Shown here piece by piece: positions 53,844 through 64,000 of a stretch of DNA of 64,000 bases. This DNA is from an uncultured Candidatus Saccharibacteria bacterium (lineage in GTDB: Bacteria; Patescibacteriota; Minisyncoccia; Phycocordibacterales; UBA2100): NCBI GenBank assembly GCA_964399865.1, contig CAYNRJ010000001.1:202050-266049 (forward strand). The letters are read 5' to 3'. The position numbers and the translations under genes are program-made. The notes beneath the pieces are model-generated. The model ran no database searches. It saw only the letters and a program-made list of their open reading frames with translations, and was not told the DNA's origin. Position 1 is the first letter of the stretch; each line of letters opens with the position of its first letter.

Positions 53844-54884
53844 TTATTCCCACTGAAGATTACCGGTAAATTCCACCGTCTTATTGCCCTTACCGATCAC
53901 ACCTATTTCATAGGCTGCTATATCAAATTGCTTGAAATGCGCCATCGCTTCGTCTGCGAACTCTTTTCTTACGACTGCAGTAATGCCTACACCCATGTTG
54001 AAGGTGCGGAGCATGTCCTCGTCCTCAAGATTGCCGAATTCTTTAAGCGTTTTGAATATTGGAAGTATACGGATCTTCGCGAGGTCTATCGTCGCCCCAA
54101 GATCTCCCGGAAGAATTCGGTTCAGATTTTCTTTGATCCCGCCTCCTGTGATGTGCGCGAGCCCCGTCAGACCTCTCTGTCCGAAAAGCTCACTCAAAGC
54201 GTTGTAGTAGCATCGATGCGGAGTGAGGATTGCTTCAATGAATGTTTTCCCGACTACCTTTTCATTAAGAATCTCGGGAGCAGCCTCCATCACTTTGCGT
54301 ACGAGCGAGAAACCATTTGTGTGAATACCGCTCGAAGCAAGAGCTATCACCGTGTCCCCTTCTTCTATCGCCGATCCATCAATGATGTTCTCTTTCTCAA
54401 CTACACCCACGATACTAGCCGTAAGGATGTATGTGCCCGGCTCTACTACTCCCGGCTGCTCCGACGTCTCGCCGCCCGTAAGTACGCAGCCATTTTCTTT
54501 ACATGCTTCCGACATCGCTTTCACGATGCGAATAATAGTGTCTTTGTCCATCTTTCCACAGACGATGCAGTCCTGCACAGAAAGTGGCTTCGCGCCCATA
54601 ACGATAGCATCATTTACCAGGTGTCCCACGAGATCCTGACAGATTGTTTCTATACTGTCATGTTGGAATGCGATTTTTTGTTTCGAGCCTGGCTCTTCGG
54701 TTTTTAATACAAGGACTGGGTGTTTGTACTCTGGGAATGATCCGTCAAAAAGGCTCGCGAACGCACCCACCGTATTCATGACTCGCGCGTTCTCGCTCTT
54801 CAATATGCCCGCCATTCTTTTCTTGGCGTCATTTGCAGTATCTATATCGACTCCCGCTGTCTTGTACGAGAGCTTTTTCATCAT
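53844..54884 (-). CDS. purM: phosphoribosylformylglycinamidine cyclo-ligase (AIR synthetase)
   Basis: 346 aa with full-length PurM similarity (N-terminal AIRS domain and C-terminal AIRS_C). Confidence 0.93.
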   Translation of the reverse strand: MMKKLSYKTAGVDIDTANDAKKRMAGILKSENARVMNTVGAFASLFDGSFPEYKHPVLVLKTEEPGSKQKIAFQHDSIETICQDLVGHLVNDAIVMGAKPLSVQDCIVCGKMDKDTIIRIVKAMSEACKENGCVLTGGETSEQPGVVEPGTYILTASIVGVVEKENIIDGSAIEEGDTVIALASSGIHTNGFSLVRKVMEAAPEILNEKVVGKTFIEAILTPHRCYYNALSELFGQRGLTGLAHITGGGIKENLNRILPGDLGATIDLAKIRILPIFKTLKEFGNLEDEDMLRTFNMGVGITAVVRKEFADEAMAHFKQFDIAAYEIGVIGKGNKTVEFTGNLQWE

Positions 54885-55405
54885 ATAAGCCCTTTTTCTT
54901 GGAGATATCTTGTAAATCCTTTTTCCTGCAACTCCGAATTTTTCACGGTAATATCTTTTTCCAACTTCTCCTTATACGCAGTGACCTTCGTGCGAATAGC
55001 ATCGTCACCCGCACCAAGTATCTGTGCGGCGAGGATTCCTGCATTCTTCGCGCCATTGATCGCTACAGTCGCAACCGGAATCCCCGGCGGCATCTGTGCG
55101 ATTGAAAAAAGTGAATCGACTCCCGCCATCGTCTTTGTCATAACAGGTACACCAATGACCGGGAGCGCTGTAAAGGAAGCGGTCATACCCGGAAGATGTG
55201 CCGCGCCCCCAGCGCCTGCGATAATAACCCTAAGACCGCGCGCTTCCGCGCTCTTTGCATATTCAACCATCTCCTCCGGCGTGCGGTGTGCAGATACCAC
55301 GGAGACTTCGTGTGGAATACCAAATTCTTCAAGGATTTTCGCAGCCTCCTGCATCACAGGAAGATCTGAATCCGAACCCATAATGATGCCTATTCGTGGT
55401 GTCAT
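54881..55405 (-). CDS. purE: N5-CAIR mutase
   Basis: 174 aa; PurE motifs IIMGSDSD and AGGAAHLPG. Confidence 0.92.
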   Translation of the reverse strand: MTPRIGIIMGSDSDLPVMQEAAKILEEFGIPHEVSVVSAHRTPEEMVEYAKSAEARGLRVIIAGAGGAAHLPGMTASFTALPVIGVPVMTKTMAGVDSLFSIAQMPPGIPVATVAINGAKNAGILAAQILGAGDDAIRTKVTAYKEKLEKDITVKNSELQEKGFTRYLQEKGLI

Positions 55406-56514
55406 ATTGAAATAAGGGATCGTGCCCGATTAGCTTTTTCTCGCGCCTCTTCAAGGGTTTCCCCGACTGCCGTCAGGTGTCCCATTTTACGTTCCGGACG
55501 CGTTTCAAGCTTACCATATATGTGAACGCTGACGCCGGGGATTTTCAGTGCCTCTTCCACTCCTTTTTGCTCTGCCGCCCCACTACGTTCACCGAGAATA
55601 TTGACCATAACAGCAGCGGGTACTTTCATTGAAGAATCTCCGAGAGGCAGTCCGCACACTGCACGCACATGTTGTTCGAATTGAGAGGTAGCGGAAGATT
55701 CGATTGTCACATGACCGCTATTATGTACTCGAGGCGCAACTTCATTAACAAGTACTTCGCCCTTTGAGAGAAACAGCTCGATTCCAAACACGCCCGCCCC
55801 TTTGAACGCAGATAATACTTTCTGTGCGAGTGCATGCGCTTTTTCTGCGATTACCGCATCGACGGGAGCAGGAACAAGCACTTCGTGACAAATGTGATTC
55901 TTATGGATGGTCTCAACAAGTGGGAAAATAGCTATCTCGCCGCCTTCTGTGCGAGCCGCGACGATTGCAAGTTCTTTTTCAAAACGAACAAATCCTTCGG
56001 CAAGCAGAGGAACATCCCCGAGTTTTGCTCGAGCAGACGCGATCTCGCTCTCATTTGTAACAAGCGCATTCCCGCGTCCATCGAATCCGCCAGATCGAGA
56101 TTTTATTACGAATGGAAATCCTAGTTTCTCTGGAGCCTCCTCAACGCTGCAAAAAGGGGCAACGGGAATCCCCTTTTGCGTCAAATATTCCTTCTGAAGC
56201 AATTTGTCTTTGATAATGGCAAGAGTTTCCGGCGTTGGATGCACGGGAAATCCTTCCGCTGAAAGAGCCCGCAGTGCCTCCGCATTCACTGATTCAATTT
56301 CGTAGGTCATCGCGTCACACTTCGAAGCAAGCGTCTTGATCATCGCCTCATCTTTGTAATCCCCGACTATCTGCTCATCTGCAATTTGAGACGCAGGAGA
56401 ATTCGGGGTCGGGTCGAGCACAACAGTACGTATTCCAAGATTTTTCGCCGCTTCTGCCAGCATTCTACCGAGTTGTCCTCCGCCTGCTATGCCAAGTGTT
56501 TTTACGTTAGTCAT
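55402..56514 (-). CDS. purK: N5-carboxyaminoimidazole ribonucleotide synthetase
   Basis: ATP-grasp fold; [13 protein letters not shown]-terminus. Confidence 0.9.
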   Translation of the reverse strand: MTNVKTLGIAGGGQLGRMLAEAAKNLGIRTVVLDPTPNSPASQIADEQIVGDYKDEAMIKTLASKCDAMTYEIESVNAEALRALSAEGFPVHPTPETLAIIKDKLLQKEYLTQKGIPVAPFCSVEEAPEKLGFPFVIKSRSGGFDGRGNALVTNESEIASARAKLGDVPLLAEGFVRFEKELAIVAARTEGGEIAIFPLVETIHKNHICHEVLVPAPVDAVIAEKAHALAQKVLSAFKGAGVFGIELFLSKGEVLVNEVAPRVHNSGHVTIESSATSQFEQHVRAVCGLPLGDSSMKVPAAVMVNILGERSGAAEQKGVEEALKIPGVSVHIYGKLETRPERKMGHLTAVGETLEEAREKANRARSLISI

Positions 56515-57287
56515 GAGAAATAATTGACTGCGTTCCTGAAAAGCTCCAGTCCTATAGCTTCTTCCGGAAGCGGTTTACCTTCTCGAATATATGATTCGCG
56601 AAGAAGTGTCCAGTGTGGGAGCTGCGTAAAACGAGTGGCACGTTCTGGATGCGGCATGAGACCAAGGACGCGACCATCATGCGCCGTGACCCCTGCAATA
56701 TCTTGGAGAGCACCGTTAGGATTCGCCGGAAGACCAAAGTGTTTCGATATTTCACCTTCGACATACTTCAGTGCCAAAGCTCCCTCCTTTTTAAGTTTCG
56801 ACAAAGTATCAGGCGAAGCAAAGTATTTACCCTCGCCGTGCGCGATCGGGAGAGAAAGACTTTTTATACCCTTAAGCCAAGGAGATTCGCCAGTGACTTC
56901 GAGGTCTACCCAGCGTGCACTGTACCGAGGCACATCGTTCGCGATAAGAGCGCCGGGAAGAATGCCTGCGCTTGTGATTATTTGGAAACCGTTACAAATA
57001 CCAATGAGAAGGGTATTTCGTTTCAAGAAGTCTTCGATCTGTTTCCCTAGATGATGCTTTACGCGATTGCCATACGCTTTTCCTGCACCAGTATCATCTC
57101 CGTACGAGAAGCCTCCTCCAAATACGAGTATCTGCGCCTTCTTCAACACTGACGGCTTCGCAATAATGTCATTCAAGTGAATGATCTCGGCGGTTGCGCC
57201 CACGTGTTCGAAGGCAGCTTTGGTCTCGTCCTCAGTATTGAGGCCATAGCCGGAAAATATGATGACGTGTGGTTTTTTCTTTTTCAT
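56511..57287 (-). CDS. purQ: FGAM synthase glutamine amidotransferase subunit
   Basis: Class-I GATase triad: GICNGFQ Cys, C-terminal His/Glu. Confidence 0.9.
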   Translation of the reverse strand: MKKKKPHVIIFSGYGLNTEDETKAAFEHVGATAEIIHLNDIIAKPSVLKKAQILVFGGGFSYGDDTGAGKAYGNRVKHHLGKQIEDFLKRNTLLIGICNGFQIITSAGILPGALIANDVPRYSARWVDLEVTGESPWLKGIKSLSLPIAHGEGKYFASPDTLSKLKKEGALALKYVEGEISKHFGLPANPNGALQDIAGVTAHDGRVLGLMPHPERATRFTQLPHWTLLRESYIREGKPLPEEAIGLELFRNAVNYFS

Positions 57288-57288
57288 A

Positions 57289-60237
57289 TCACCAGTTTTT
57301 GAAGAAGCTTCGGTATGCGCCCGTTAATAATCCGAGGGCGACACCGATTTTCTTTTCATTTATTTCTATCGAAAGCGATGTCCCACCTACTTCTCCCACT
57401 CGTACACACGAAACTTTCTTCATCAGTGATTCGAAGGCCTTCTCATTCCCTCTCCGGATTGAGACGATAATGCGTCCCTGGCTCTCAGAGAAAAGAATCT
57501 GCTCTGGAGTTGATGCGGTTCCAGGAATACTCTGGAGCTTTACTTCAACTCCCAACTGGCCCGCTACTGCAGTTTTTGCGAGAGCAACCGCGAGACCTCC
57601 GCGCCCCACACCGATTGCCGATGCAACAAGACCTTTTGAGATTGCAGCGGTCAAAGCATCGTAAATTTTTGCGTTCTTTTTTGTATCAACAACAGGAACA
57701 TGGCCTCCCTCTGATCCAATGAGTGCTGCATATTCAGACGCTCCAAGCTCGTCATTCGTCTCACCAAGAATGTAGAGTACGTCCCCTGCGTGCTTTAGAT
57801 CGAGTGTCATCGCCTTAGTGACGTCAGGGATAACACCGAGCGCCGAGACGAGAAGCGTTGGAAGAGCTGCAATGTGAATCGGTTTGCCTGCCTCAGTAAA
57901 TCCGCGAAAATCATTAAACATAGAATCCTTTCCGGAAATAAACGGCGTACCGTACGCAACTGCTGTTTCGTAGCACGCTTCGGCTGCGCGCTTTAATTCA
58001 TACAGTCGTTCCGGTTTTTCCGAACTAGACCAGCAGAAGTTGTCGAGAATAGACAAGTGTTCACGAGTGGCTCCTGCGACGATCGCATTTCTTACAGCTG
58101 TATCAATCGCGGCTGCAGCCATCGCATGCGCATCAATCGCCGAGTACCACGGTGTGTATCCATGCGCGAGGACAATGCCCCTCGAAGAATTTGAGAGTGG
58201 CTGTAGTACCGCGCCTTCAGTATTCACTCGTCCAGCGCCTTGAAGCGGTTTCGTAACAGAAGACCCCTGCACCTCGTGATCGTACTGAGCGGAAATAAAC
58301 GCGGTCGAGGCAATACTTGGCCGTCCAAGAAGAGCGAGGATTGTTTCCTCCGTATCAGCCGATGGCAATGCAGTGAGGTCTGACCTCATTGCATGCACAG
58401 GAGGAGTACTTCTTTGAATCTGGACTGGACGACCGTCGTGGAGAAAATCGAGGGAGAGGTCCATGACCTTCTTCCCTTTGTATCGAACGACGACTTTCCC
58501 TGATTTTGTGAATTCCCCTATTCGAGTCGCTTCCACATCGTGACGATCCATTATTTTCTTGAACGTCGACCATTTACTCTTTGGAACAGAGAGCGTCATT
58601 CTCTCCTGGGATTCAGAGAGCCAAATCTGCCATGGCGAGAGTCCCGGATACTTTAGCGGGACTTTTTCTAGATCAACCACACATCCACCTGATTCACGAG
58701 ACATCTCACCTACAGAGCCGGACAGTCCACCTGCTCCGTTATCAGTGATACTTGAGTACAGACCCTTGTCCCGCGCCTCTCGAACGATGGCGTCAGAGAA
58801 TTTCTTTTCGGTTATCGCGTCACCTATTTGGACCGCAGTTGCAGGAGAGCCCTTGGATAGAGATTCTGAAGAAAATGTCGCGCCATGGATTCCGTCGAGA
58901 CCGACTCTGCCACCGAGCATCACGATGAAATCGCCCGCTCGTGCTTTCTTTTCATGCATTTTGCGTCCATTCACTTTCTTTGGGATGAGGCCTACTGTCC
59001 CACCAAATACGAGCGGTTTTCCACGATAACTTGAATCGACTGCAAGGAATCCGAGTGGAGCCGGGATACCGCTTTGATTTCCGCCTGCGTTAATGCCTTT
59101 GACGACACCTTCGAGAATGCGTCGTGCGGGAAGAAGTGGCTGTTTCTTTTCCTGATCTCTATAAAGCATCGTCTCGTCGTTCGGGTCGGCGACGCAAAAG
59201 CCGTACACGTTCGCGATCGGCTTTGCTCCGAGGCCAAATCCTAGCGTGTCGCGATTAACACCGACGATTGCTGTCACCGAACCTCCGAATGGATCTAAGG
59301 CCGATGGCGCGTTGTGCGTTTCTACTTTATGAGTGACAAGATATTTATCATCGAATGTAACTCCTCCTGAATTATCTTTAAATACGGATACGCAGAAATC
59401 TTTCTTCCCTTTTTGCTTCCGGATTTTTTCTGTTGCCCCCTTTATATACTTACGATAGATGCCATCCTTTACTTCATCGAGTGGGTCCGCAAATATCGTG
59501 TGTTTGCAGTGCTCTGACCACGTTCCTGCGAGCGCTTCCAGTTCCACATCTGTCGGATTTCGTTTAAGGGTCTTGAAATGTGCTTGGATTGTCTTCATCG
59601 CAGTAAGGGAGAGCGCAAGAGGACCACGCCTTAAGCCATCAGTATTTTTTATACCTTCTTTACCGATGCGAACGAGCTCCTCGTCAGGCACATCGAGATC
59701 CACGATATCCGCTTGGATGGTTTTTTTCTGCAATATGACTTTCGGAACGATCATTGGAAAACCCTTCTTGGATTCCTCGTATGAATAGATACTGGCGCGC
59801 TCAATAAGAGGATTATGCAGTTCTCGCGCCATAGCTTCCGCTTCCGAGCGCGAAAATGTGCCTTCCATAAATAGAAAAACAGACGAGTACACTGCTTCGT
59901 CCGTCTTTAATTTCCGGTCTGTCAGATCCTCGATCATTTGTCGGACTGTGTTCCCGACATTGTCGGTAACTCCCGGAAGAAATCCGATCTCAATCGCGTA
60001 TGTAAATGTATCCGGGTGTGGAATGCCACCGATCGCATACGTTTCGATGACAGGATTGGCGAGCTGGTTCGCAGCCCTCATTAGTTCCGTATGCGAAAGC
60101 TTCGCATCGATCGTATAAACCGCTGATGTGGAAACTCTAGAAAGAGAAACGGCCGGGAAAACGGCCTTTAGTGTGGAGAGATAGTTTCGGGCGCGCGCGT
60201 CCCCTACTTTGGAGGATACCGCTATCCGACTTGTCAT
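57289..60237 (-). CDS. purL: FGAM synthase: PurS-like N-terminal domain(s) fused to PurL
   Basis: 982 aa. An ~240-aa N-terminal extension with a PurS-like fold is followed by the full PurL (AIRS and AIRS_C repeats). Confidence 0.85.
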   Translation of the reverse strand: MTSRIAVSSKVGDARARNYLSTLKAVFPAVSLSRVSTSAVYTIDAKLSHTELMRAANQLANPVIETYAIGGIPHPDTFTYAIEIGFLPGVTDNVGNTVRQMIEDLTDRKLKTDEAVYSSVFLFMEGTFSRSEAEAMARELHNPLIERASIYSYEESKKGFPMIVPKVILQKKTIQADIVDLDVPDEELVRIGKEGIKNTDGLRRGPLALSLTAMKTIQAHFKTLKRNPTDVELEALAGTWSEHCKHTIFADPLDEVKDGIYRKYIKGATEKIRKQKGKKDFCVSVFKDNSGGVTFDDKYLVTHKVETHNAPSALDPFGGSVTAIVGVNRDTLGFGLGAKPIANVYGFCVADPNDETMLYRDQEKKQPLLPARRILEGVVKGINAGGNQSGIPAPLGFLAVDSSYRGKPLVFGGTVGLIPKKVNGRKMHEKKARAGDFIVMLGGRVGLDGIHGATFSSESLSKGSPATAVQIGDAITEKKFSDAIVREARDKGLYSSITDNGAGGLSGSVGEMSRESGGCVVDLEKVPLKYPGLSPWQIWLSESQERMTLSVPKSKWSTFKKIMDRHDVEATRIGEFTKSGKVVVRYKGKKVMDLSLDFLHDGRPVQIQRSTPPVHAMRSDLTALPSADTEETILALLGRPSIASTAFISAQYDHEVQGSSVTKPLQGAGRVNTEGAVLQPLSNSSRGIVLAHGYTPWYSAIDAHAMAAAAIDTAVRNAIVAGATREHLSILDNFCWSSSEKPERLYELKRAAEACYETAVAYGTPFISGKDSMFNDFRGFTEAGKPIHIAALPTLLVSALGVIPDVTKAMTLDLKHAGDVLYILGETNDELGASEYAALIGSEGGHVPVVDTKKNAKIYDALTAAISKGLVASAIGVGRGGLAVALAKTAVAGQLGVEVKLQSIPGTASTPEQILFSESQGRIIVSIRRGNEKAFESLMKKVSCVRVGEVGGTSLSIEINEKKIGVALGLLTGAYRSFFKNW

Positions 60238-60421
60238 GACTTACTATACCGGATTTTGGTTGAATGCGCAAGAGGCCACAATAAATGGCTTTGTTACAGG
60301 GTTTAGTCGCGCGCGCAACGAAGACACGTCCTCTGGTCCTTGCGTGTCTTTATGTACTTACCTCCGCACTTACAGATGAGGATTTTAGCGCGAAGCGGCT
60401 GTGGTGGTTTTGCTACCCATT

Positions 60422-61798
60422 TCATATGCGTGTTCGGCGAGAACGTGATGGCCCTCGACTGTGTGATGATCCGGAGCGACTTCCTCCGCGTGAAGGACCT
60501 CCTCGGCCACCTCCGCCAAAAGAAGGTCGTCCTCCGCGATGTGGAGCGGAAGAAAATCCGCCGGAAGAGTGTGGGCGTGAGCTTGGAGCAGAAGAGAAAC
60601 GTCGTGGTCCGTATCCACCTCTACGCGGCTCGTCTGAAGAAGTGTCAGGCGGCAACGCGCGAGCAGGAGGAAGTTCTGGGAGCGCGGTTATTGGCACAGT
60701 CTTTCGGATCAATCGTTCGATGTCACGAATCTCACGCTTTTGATTTGGCTCAGCAAAGGATATCGCGTGCCCTGTGCTTCCTGCGCGTGCAGTACGTCCT
60801 ATGCGGTGTACGTAATCAGCACTTTCCGTTGGAAGATCGTAGTTAACGACAAGCTCAATATCTTTGACGTCGATCCCGCGAGAAGCAATGTCTGTTGCAA
60901 CAAGCACTCGGTATCTACCATTCTTGAATCCCTCGAGGGCCTCCCGGCGCTGACTAAGAGAACGATTACCGTGAATCTCGGCGACAGTGTGTCCCATGGC
61001 TTTGATGCCGCGCAGTATTTTCTTGGCGCCGTGTTTTGTGCGAGAAAAGACGAGTGAGGAACCGTTATACGAACCGAGAATCTTCTCAAGGAGTCGGATC
61101 TTCTCATCTTTACGAACGATAAAGAATTCCTGACTTACACGATCTGCAGTTGTTCCTGGTGGAGCAACTTCGATGCGTGTAGGAGTCTTCATGTGCCCCG
61201 TTACAAGCTCCATAATTTCTGGTGAGAGAGTTGCTGAGAAAAGCATGGTCTGTCTCTCCGTAGGACATACTGAGATTATCTTTCTGACCTGCGGCCAGAA
61301 ACCCATGTCGAGCATGCGGTCAGCCTCGTCGAGCACGAGTATTGCGACGTGATCAAGCTTGAGTGTTCTTTGCGTAAGGTGATCGAGGAGACGGCCAGGA
61401 GTTGCGATGATTATGTGAGGATCACGGGAAAGCGCAGCGATCTGCGGACCCATCGAAGTGCCGCCGATAAATACCGCTGTGCGGATACCGAGAGGACGTC
61501 CGATCCTTGAAAGAGTCTCTTCTACCTGCAGTGCGAGTTCGCGAGTTGGGAGGAGTATGAGTCCACGGCCCTCCATAGAGAGAAGTCGCTGTAATATGGG
61601 GATTCCGAAGGCAAGCGTCTTTCCTGTACCTGTCTGAGCGACCCCGATGACGTCCTTCCCCTCTATGGCTGAAGGAATCGCCTGTGCCTGAATTGGCGTT
61701 GGTTCAACGAATTTGAGAGACTGGAGTATCTCTAAGACCTTCGGGGCGATCCCGAGGCTATGAAATGTCCGCTCTGAAGGCGTTATGGTCGAATTCAT
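60422..61798 (-). CDS. DEAD-box ATP-dependent RNA helicase with RGG/SR-rich C-terminal tail
   Basis: Q-motif, Walker A AQTGTGKT, DEAD, SAT, HRIGRTAR. The start is the internal MNSTITP. Confidence 0.9.
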   Translation of the reverse strand: MNSTITPSERTFHSLGIAPKVLEILQSLKFVEPTPIQAQAIPSAIEGKDVIGVAQTGTGKTLAFGIPILQRLLSMEGRGLILLPTRELALQVEETLSRIGRPLGIRTAVFIGGTSMGPQIAALSRDPHIIIATPGRLLDHLTQRTLKLDHVAILVLDEADRMLDMGFWPQVRKIISVCPTERQTMLFSATLSPEIMELVTGHMKTPTRIEVAPPGTTADRVSQEFFIVRKDEKIRLLEKILGSYNGSSLVFSRTKHGAKKILRGIKAMGHTVAEIHGNRSLSQRREALEGFKNGRYRVLVATDIASRGIDVKDIELVVNYDLPTESADYVHRIGRTARAGSTGHAISFAEPNQKREIRDIERLIRKTVPITALPELPPARALPPDTSSDEPRRGGYGPRRFSSAPSSRPHSSGGFSSAPHRGGRPSFGGGGRGGPSRGGSRSGSSHSRGPSRSRRTRI

Positions 61799-61896
61799 GC
61801 TCAAAAAATGGCTAAAAGCCAGGAAAATTTGTACAACGAAGAGTACCACAAAAATACACTAAAAGCAATGCTTCCCCTCCTTCCCTATCACAGACG

Positions 61897-62283
61897 CTAT
61901 TTAGAGGTCCTAACCTTCGAAGATGTAGCTTTCTCCTTCTTCGTATTCTCTTTAACCCTCAATTTCACGATTTTACTTATGAGAGGCAGGGGCAAAGACC
62001 CGGTCAGAGGAAACTGAATCGTACCTTTCGAGGTTTGATATTTAGAAAGCGCCTTACTAAATGAGCGCACTCCCAAGGATGTTGGGAATAGGCTCACGTG
62101 ATCCTTAAACCCCCCAAAATAAACAAGCGGGCCGTTTAATTTATACGCAGGCATTCCGTAACTAATTGTCTCTTCCGCAGTTGGAGCGGCTTTCTTTATC
62201 GTTGCTCGCATTTGCTTTAGAAGTATTGCTGTTTTCCCATCAAAACTTTTAAGGTAAGTTTCAACATCTTTATAGACCTTCAT
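61897..62283 (-). CDS. DUF1801 (YdhG-like) protein
   Basis: KVYKDVETYLKSF...ISYGMPAY pattern typical of DUF1801. Confidence 0.6.
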   Translation of the reverse strand: MKVYKDVETYLKSFDGKTAILLKQMRATIKKAAPTAEETISYGMPAYKLNGPLVYFGGFKDHVSLFPTSLGVRSFSKALSKYQTSKGTIQFPLTGSLPLPLISKIVKLRVKENTKKEKATSSKVRTSK

Positions 62284-62293
62284 TCGCATAGAG

Positions 62294-63229
62294 TTATTCA
62301 AAAATATTCACGAGATACTTATCAATTTCACGCTGATCCATGTCGTAGAAGTTTTTCCCAGTATCATGCAGGTAGGTAGCGAGCTGAACACCCACAAACC
62401 TCCAGTGCCATGGCTCGAAAACGTAGTATTGATTACCTTTTGGATATGAGAGTACAAACCCGTAGCGATGTGCATTATTGAGCATCCATTGATAACCTGG
62501 AGTTTTTTCGAATCCGTTTAAAGATCCATTCATACCCGGAGAAATAAGATCGATAGCGGTGCCAAGCTGATGTTCGGAGTAACCTTGATCAGCAGAGAAT
62601 TGATTCGCAGTCCCCGCTCCATAGGTAACGGTGTACTGATTATTGAGCGCCTTTTGCTCATCAAAGGGACGATACGCGGAAAACACGTAGAGCTGTATTT
62701 GGTTTTGCGCAGCTGCTTTTAGCATCTGTTCCAAATGCGGATAGACTTGTGCATGAATGGTCTGACTGCGTTGCTCGCTATATCTCAGCTCCTTTGGTAT
62801 CTCGACAACGTCAGAGGGTACATAGTGTTCGTTAAGGAAAAAGACACGAGAATATTTTTGCAGAAGCTCCTCATCGATACGAGTCAATTTATCGAGCGTC
62901 GAAACATTGTTTGATATGACGCCGACTTCTTGCTGAAAGCCGCTAAGTCGTTCCTGAAGCGCTGCAAGTCGCGCACGCTCCGTATCTAGCTCGCTCCCGA
63001 AAAGCCCTTGGACTTCTTCTATGCTCGCCAGCATGAGTGCAGTCGTTGATGCAATACGACCCTCAAGTTCCGTATTCTTTGTTTCAAGCGCGGTAATACG
63101 TGTATATCCTTGCCAGAAAATGAGTCCTAGCAAAACAACAAAGACGAGGCTGATGCCTCCCATTAATACATACGTCCTCGGCATTCTTTTGAGAGCATGT
63201 ACTGCTGCGTGTGGATGAGAAGTTGTCAT
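62294..63229 (-). CDS. membrane-anchored D-Ala-D-Ala carboxypeptidase (VanY/M15B-like)
   Basis: N-terminal TM helix, coiled-coil linker, and the SEHQLGTAIDL zinc-peptidase motif. Confidence 0.7.
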   Translation of the reverse strand: MTTSHPHAAVHALKRMPRTYVLMGGISLVFVVLLGLIFWQGYTRITALETKNTELEGRIASTTALMLASIEEVQGLFGSELDTERARLAALQERLSGFQQEVGVISNNVSTLDKLTRIDEELLQKYSRVFFLNEHYVPSDVVEIPKELRYSEQRSQTIHAQVYPHLEQMLKAAAQNQIQLYVFSAYRPFDEQKALNNQYTVTYGAGTANQFSADQGYSEHQLGTAIDLISPGMNGSLNGFEKTPGYQWMLNNAHRYGFVLSYPKGNQYYVFEPWHWRFVGVQLATYLHDTGKNFYDMDQREIDKYLVNIFE

Positions 63230-63271
63230 ACTTATAGAAGATACAGTATACAGCGAACGTAAGAGGCGACG

Positions 63272-63481
63272 CTAATCTTCTAATTTCCTGTCACGGGCAC
63301 GCTTCATATTCTCTTTCATCCCTTCTACGAGCTTGGTCCAAGAAAGAATACCTATTGCATCCCTCACTGCCTCTTGCTCTTTCTCAGTTAGCGGATACCT
63401 CTTAAGAATCTCAGTGAGTCTTTTTACTGCCTCATTGTCGTTCATATTTGTTGTTGCGGCCGCCGTCTTTGATTGAAGCAA
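63272..63481 (-). CDS. hypothetical small protein
   Basis: 69 aa, helical, no recognised family. Confidence 0.3.
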   Translation of the reverse strand: MLQSKTAAATTNMNDNEAVKRLTEILKRYPLTEKEQEAVRDAIGILSWTKLVEGMKENMKRARDRKLED

Positions 63482-63483
63482 TC

Positions 63484-63939
63484 CTAAGCCATTCGACGCG
63501 TTAAACGCCTCAGGCCTTCAGACTTTGCGTATTCGTAAAAGGGACCAAACAACACACCGGCGAGGAACCAAAAGATGAATTCTTCAATCGGAACACCCCG
63601 TATTAAGATCCCACTCAATCCATCCCAATGATACGTCTGCTGGATCCAATCAGGAGAGATGAGAATAATCGTTATATAGAAACTCAGAGATACAAATGCC
63701 ATTAGCGCTCCGCTAAGTAGACCATCAATTATTAGATCGCGTCTATCCCAAAAAAGTATGGTCGCTACAATGATCATTGCAATGGAGCTAGCGTAAAAAG
63801 ACGATATCCCAACACCCCAGAAAAGCCACGATGTAAGGCAGCCGAGTAAAAGAAGCAACGTAAGACCTCCGAGGTGATGAGCCTTTGCCTTCGCTTTATA
63901 TAAACGCTTCCGAAATAGAACTTCGTACGCCGCGGCCAT
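63484..63939 (-). CDS. hypothetical polytopic membrane protein
   Basis: 151 aa with 4 TM helices; the reading frame may continue upstream toward the window end. Confidence 0.4.
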   Translation of the reverse strand: MAAAYEVLFRKRLYKAKAKAHHLGGLTLLLLLGCLTSWLFWGVGISSFYASSIAMIIVATILFWDRRDLIIDGLLSGALMAFVSLSFYITIILISPDWIQQTYHWDGLSGILIRGVPIEEFIFWFLAGVLFGPFYEYAKSEGLRRLTRRMA

Positions 63940-64000
63940 AATTCCTCCGGTAAAGAAACCTATAACGAAATCCTCTACGCCAACACGAGTGCCCGTAATT

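Noticed and set aside
60285-60846. Two overlapping plus-strand ORFs (152 and 168 aa) at the 3' end of the helicase gene
   Set aside because: They are antisense to the RGG/SR-rich tail of the DEAD-box helicase, and low-complexity codons produce open frames on both strands.
1-64000. CRISPR arrays, rRNA genes, IS transposases
   Set aside because: No regularly spaced short direct repeats, no rRNA-like segments and no transposase-like ORFs were found. The only recombinase is the large serine recombinase.

Overview
This is a 64-kb window of a bacterial chromosome, mostly AT-leaning with sharply GC-rich patches. The gene content (short ProRS, split ComEC, a SWIB-domain protein, DUF1003/DUF378/DUF167 proteins, many small secreted or membrane hypotheticals) suggests a small-genome uncultivated lineage, possibly Patescibacteria/CPR; this is inference only.

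Ordinary content:
- tRNA genes: Ala-GGC, Arg-CCG, an Ala-CGC/Pro-CGG/Val-CAC cluster, and Asn-GTT.
- Housekeeping genes: prs, greA, and a PBP2-mreD-mreC-mreB rod-shape cluster.
- Further housekeeping genes: proS, rseP, frr, holB-like, a second MreB paralog, def-fmt, hpf and DUF167.
- A competence locus: ComEC split from a separate MBL-LTD protein.
- cspA, a SWIB-domain protein and aspartate kinase.
- Two two-component loci: an OmpR regulator followed by a 64-aa His-box-only mini-protein, and a MASE1 hybrid kinase with an OmpR regulator.
- An ABC-2 exporter.
- A purine operon: purSL (fused), purQ, purK, purE, purM, purC, purB, plus a stand-alone IMP-cyclohydrolase domain of PurH.
- A DEAD-box helicase and a VanY-like peptidase.

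Most interesting region: a roughly 6.8-kb GC-rich island integrated at the 3' end of tRNA-Asn. It is bounded by 19-bp direct repeats, and the displaced ancestral tRNA 3' end with its terminator is retained at the far end. The island carries a large serine recombinase, a DUF3800-like protein, and a three-gene cassette: a PNPOx-like flavoprotein, an FNR-like oxidoreductase, and a membrane-anchored copper nitrite reductase (NirK). The cassette is bracketed by nested inverted repeats of roughly 150-180 bp and a 42-bp perfect palindrome.

Other anomalies:
- A tRNA-Ala 3'-end duplication scar with a 128-bp GC-rich insert.
- GC-rich palindromic intergenic elements at several other loci.
- A terminated GC-rich candidate ncRNA downstream of fmt.
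- A ClpP-like protein lacking the catalytic Ser/His.

No rRNA or CRISPR array was seen.
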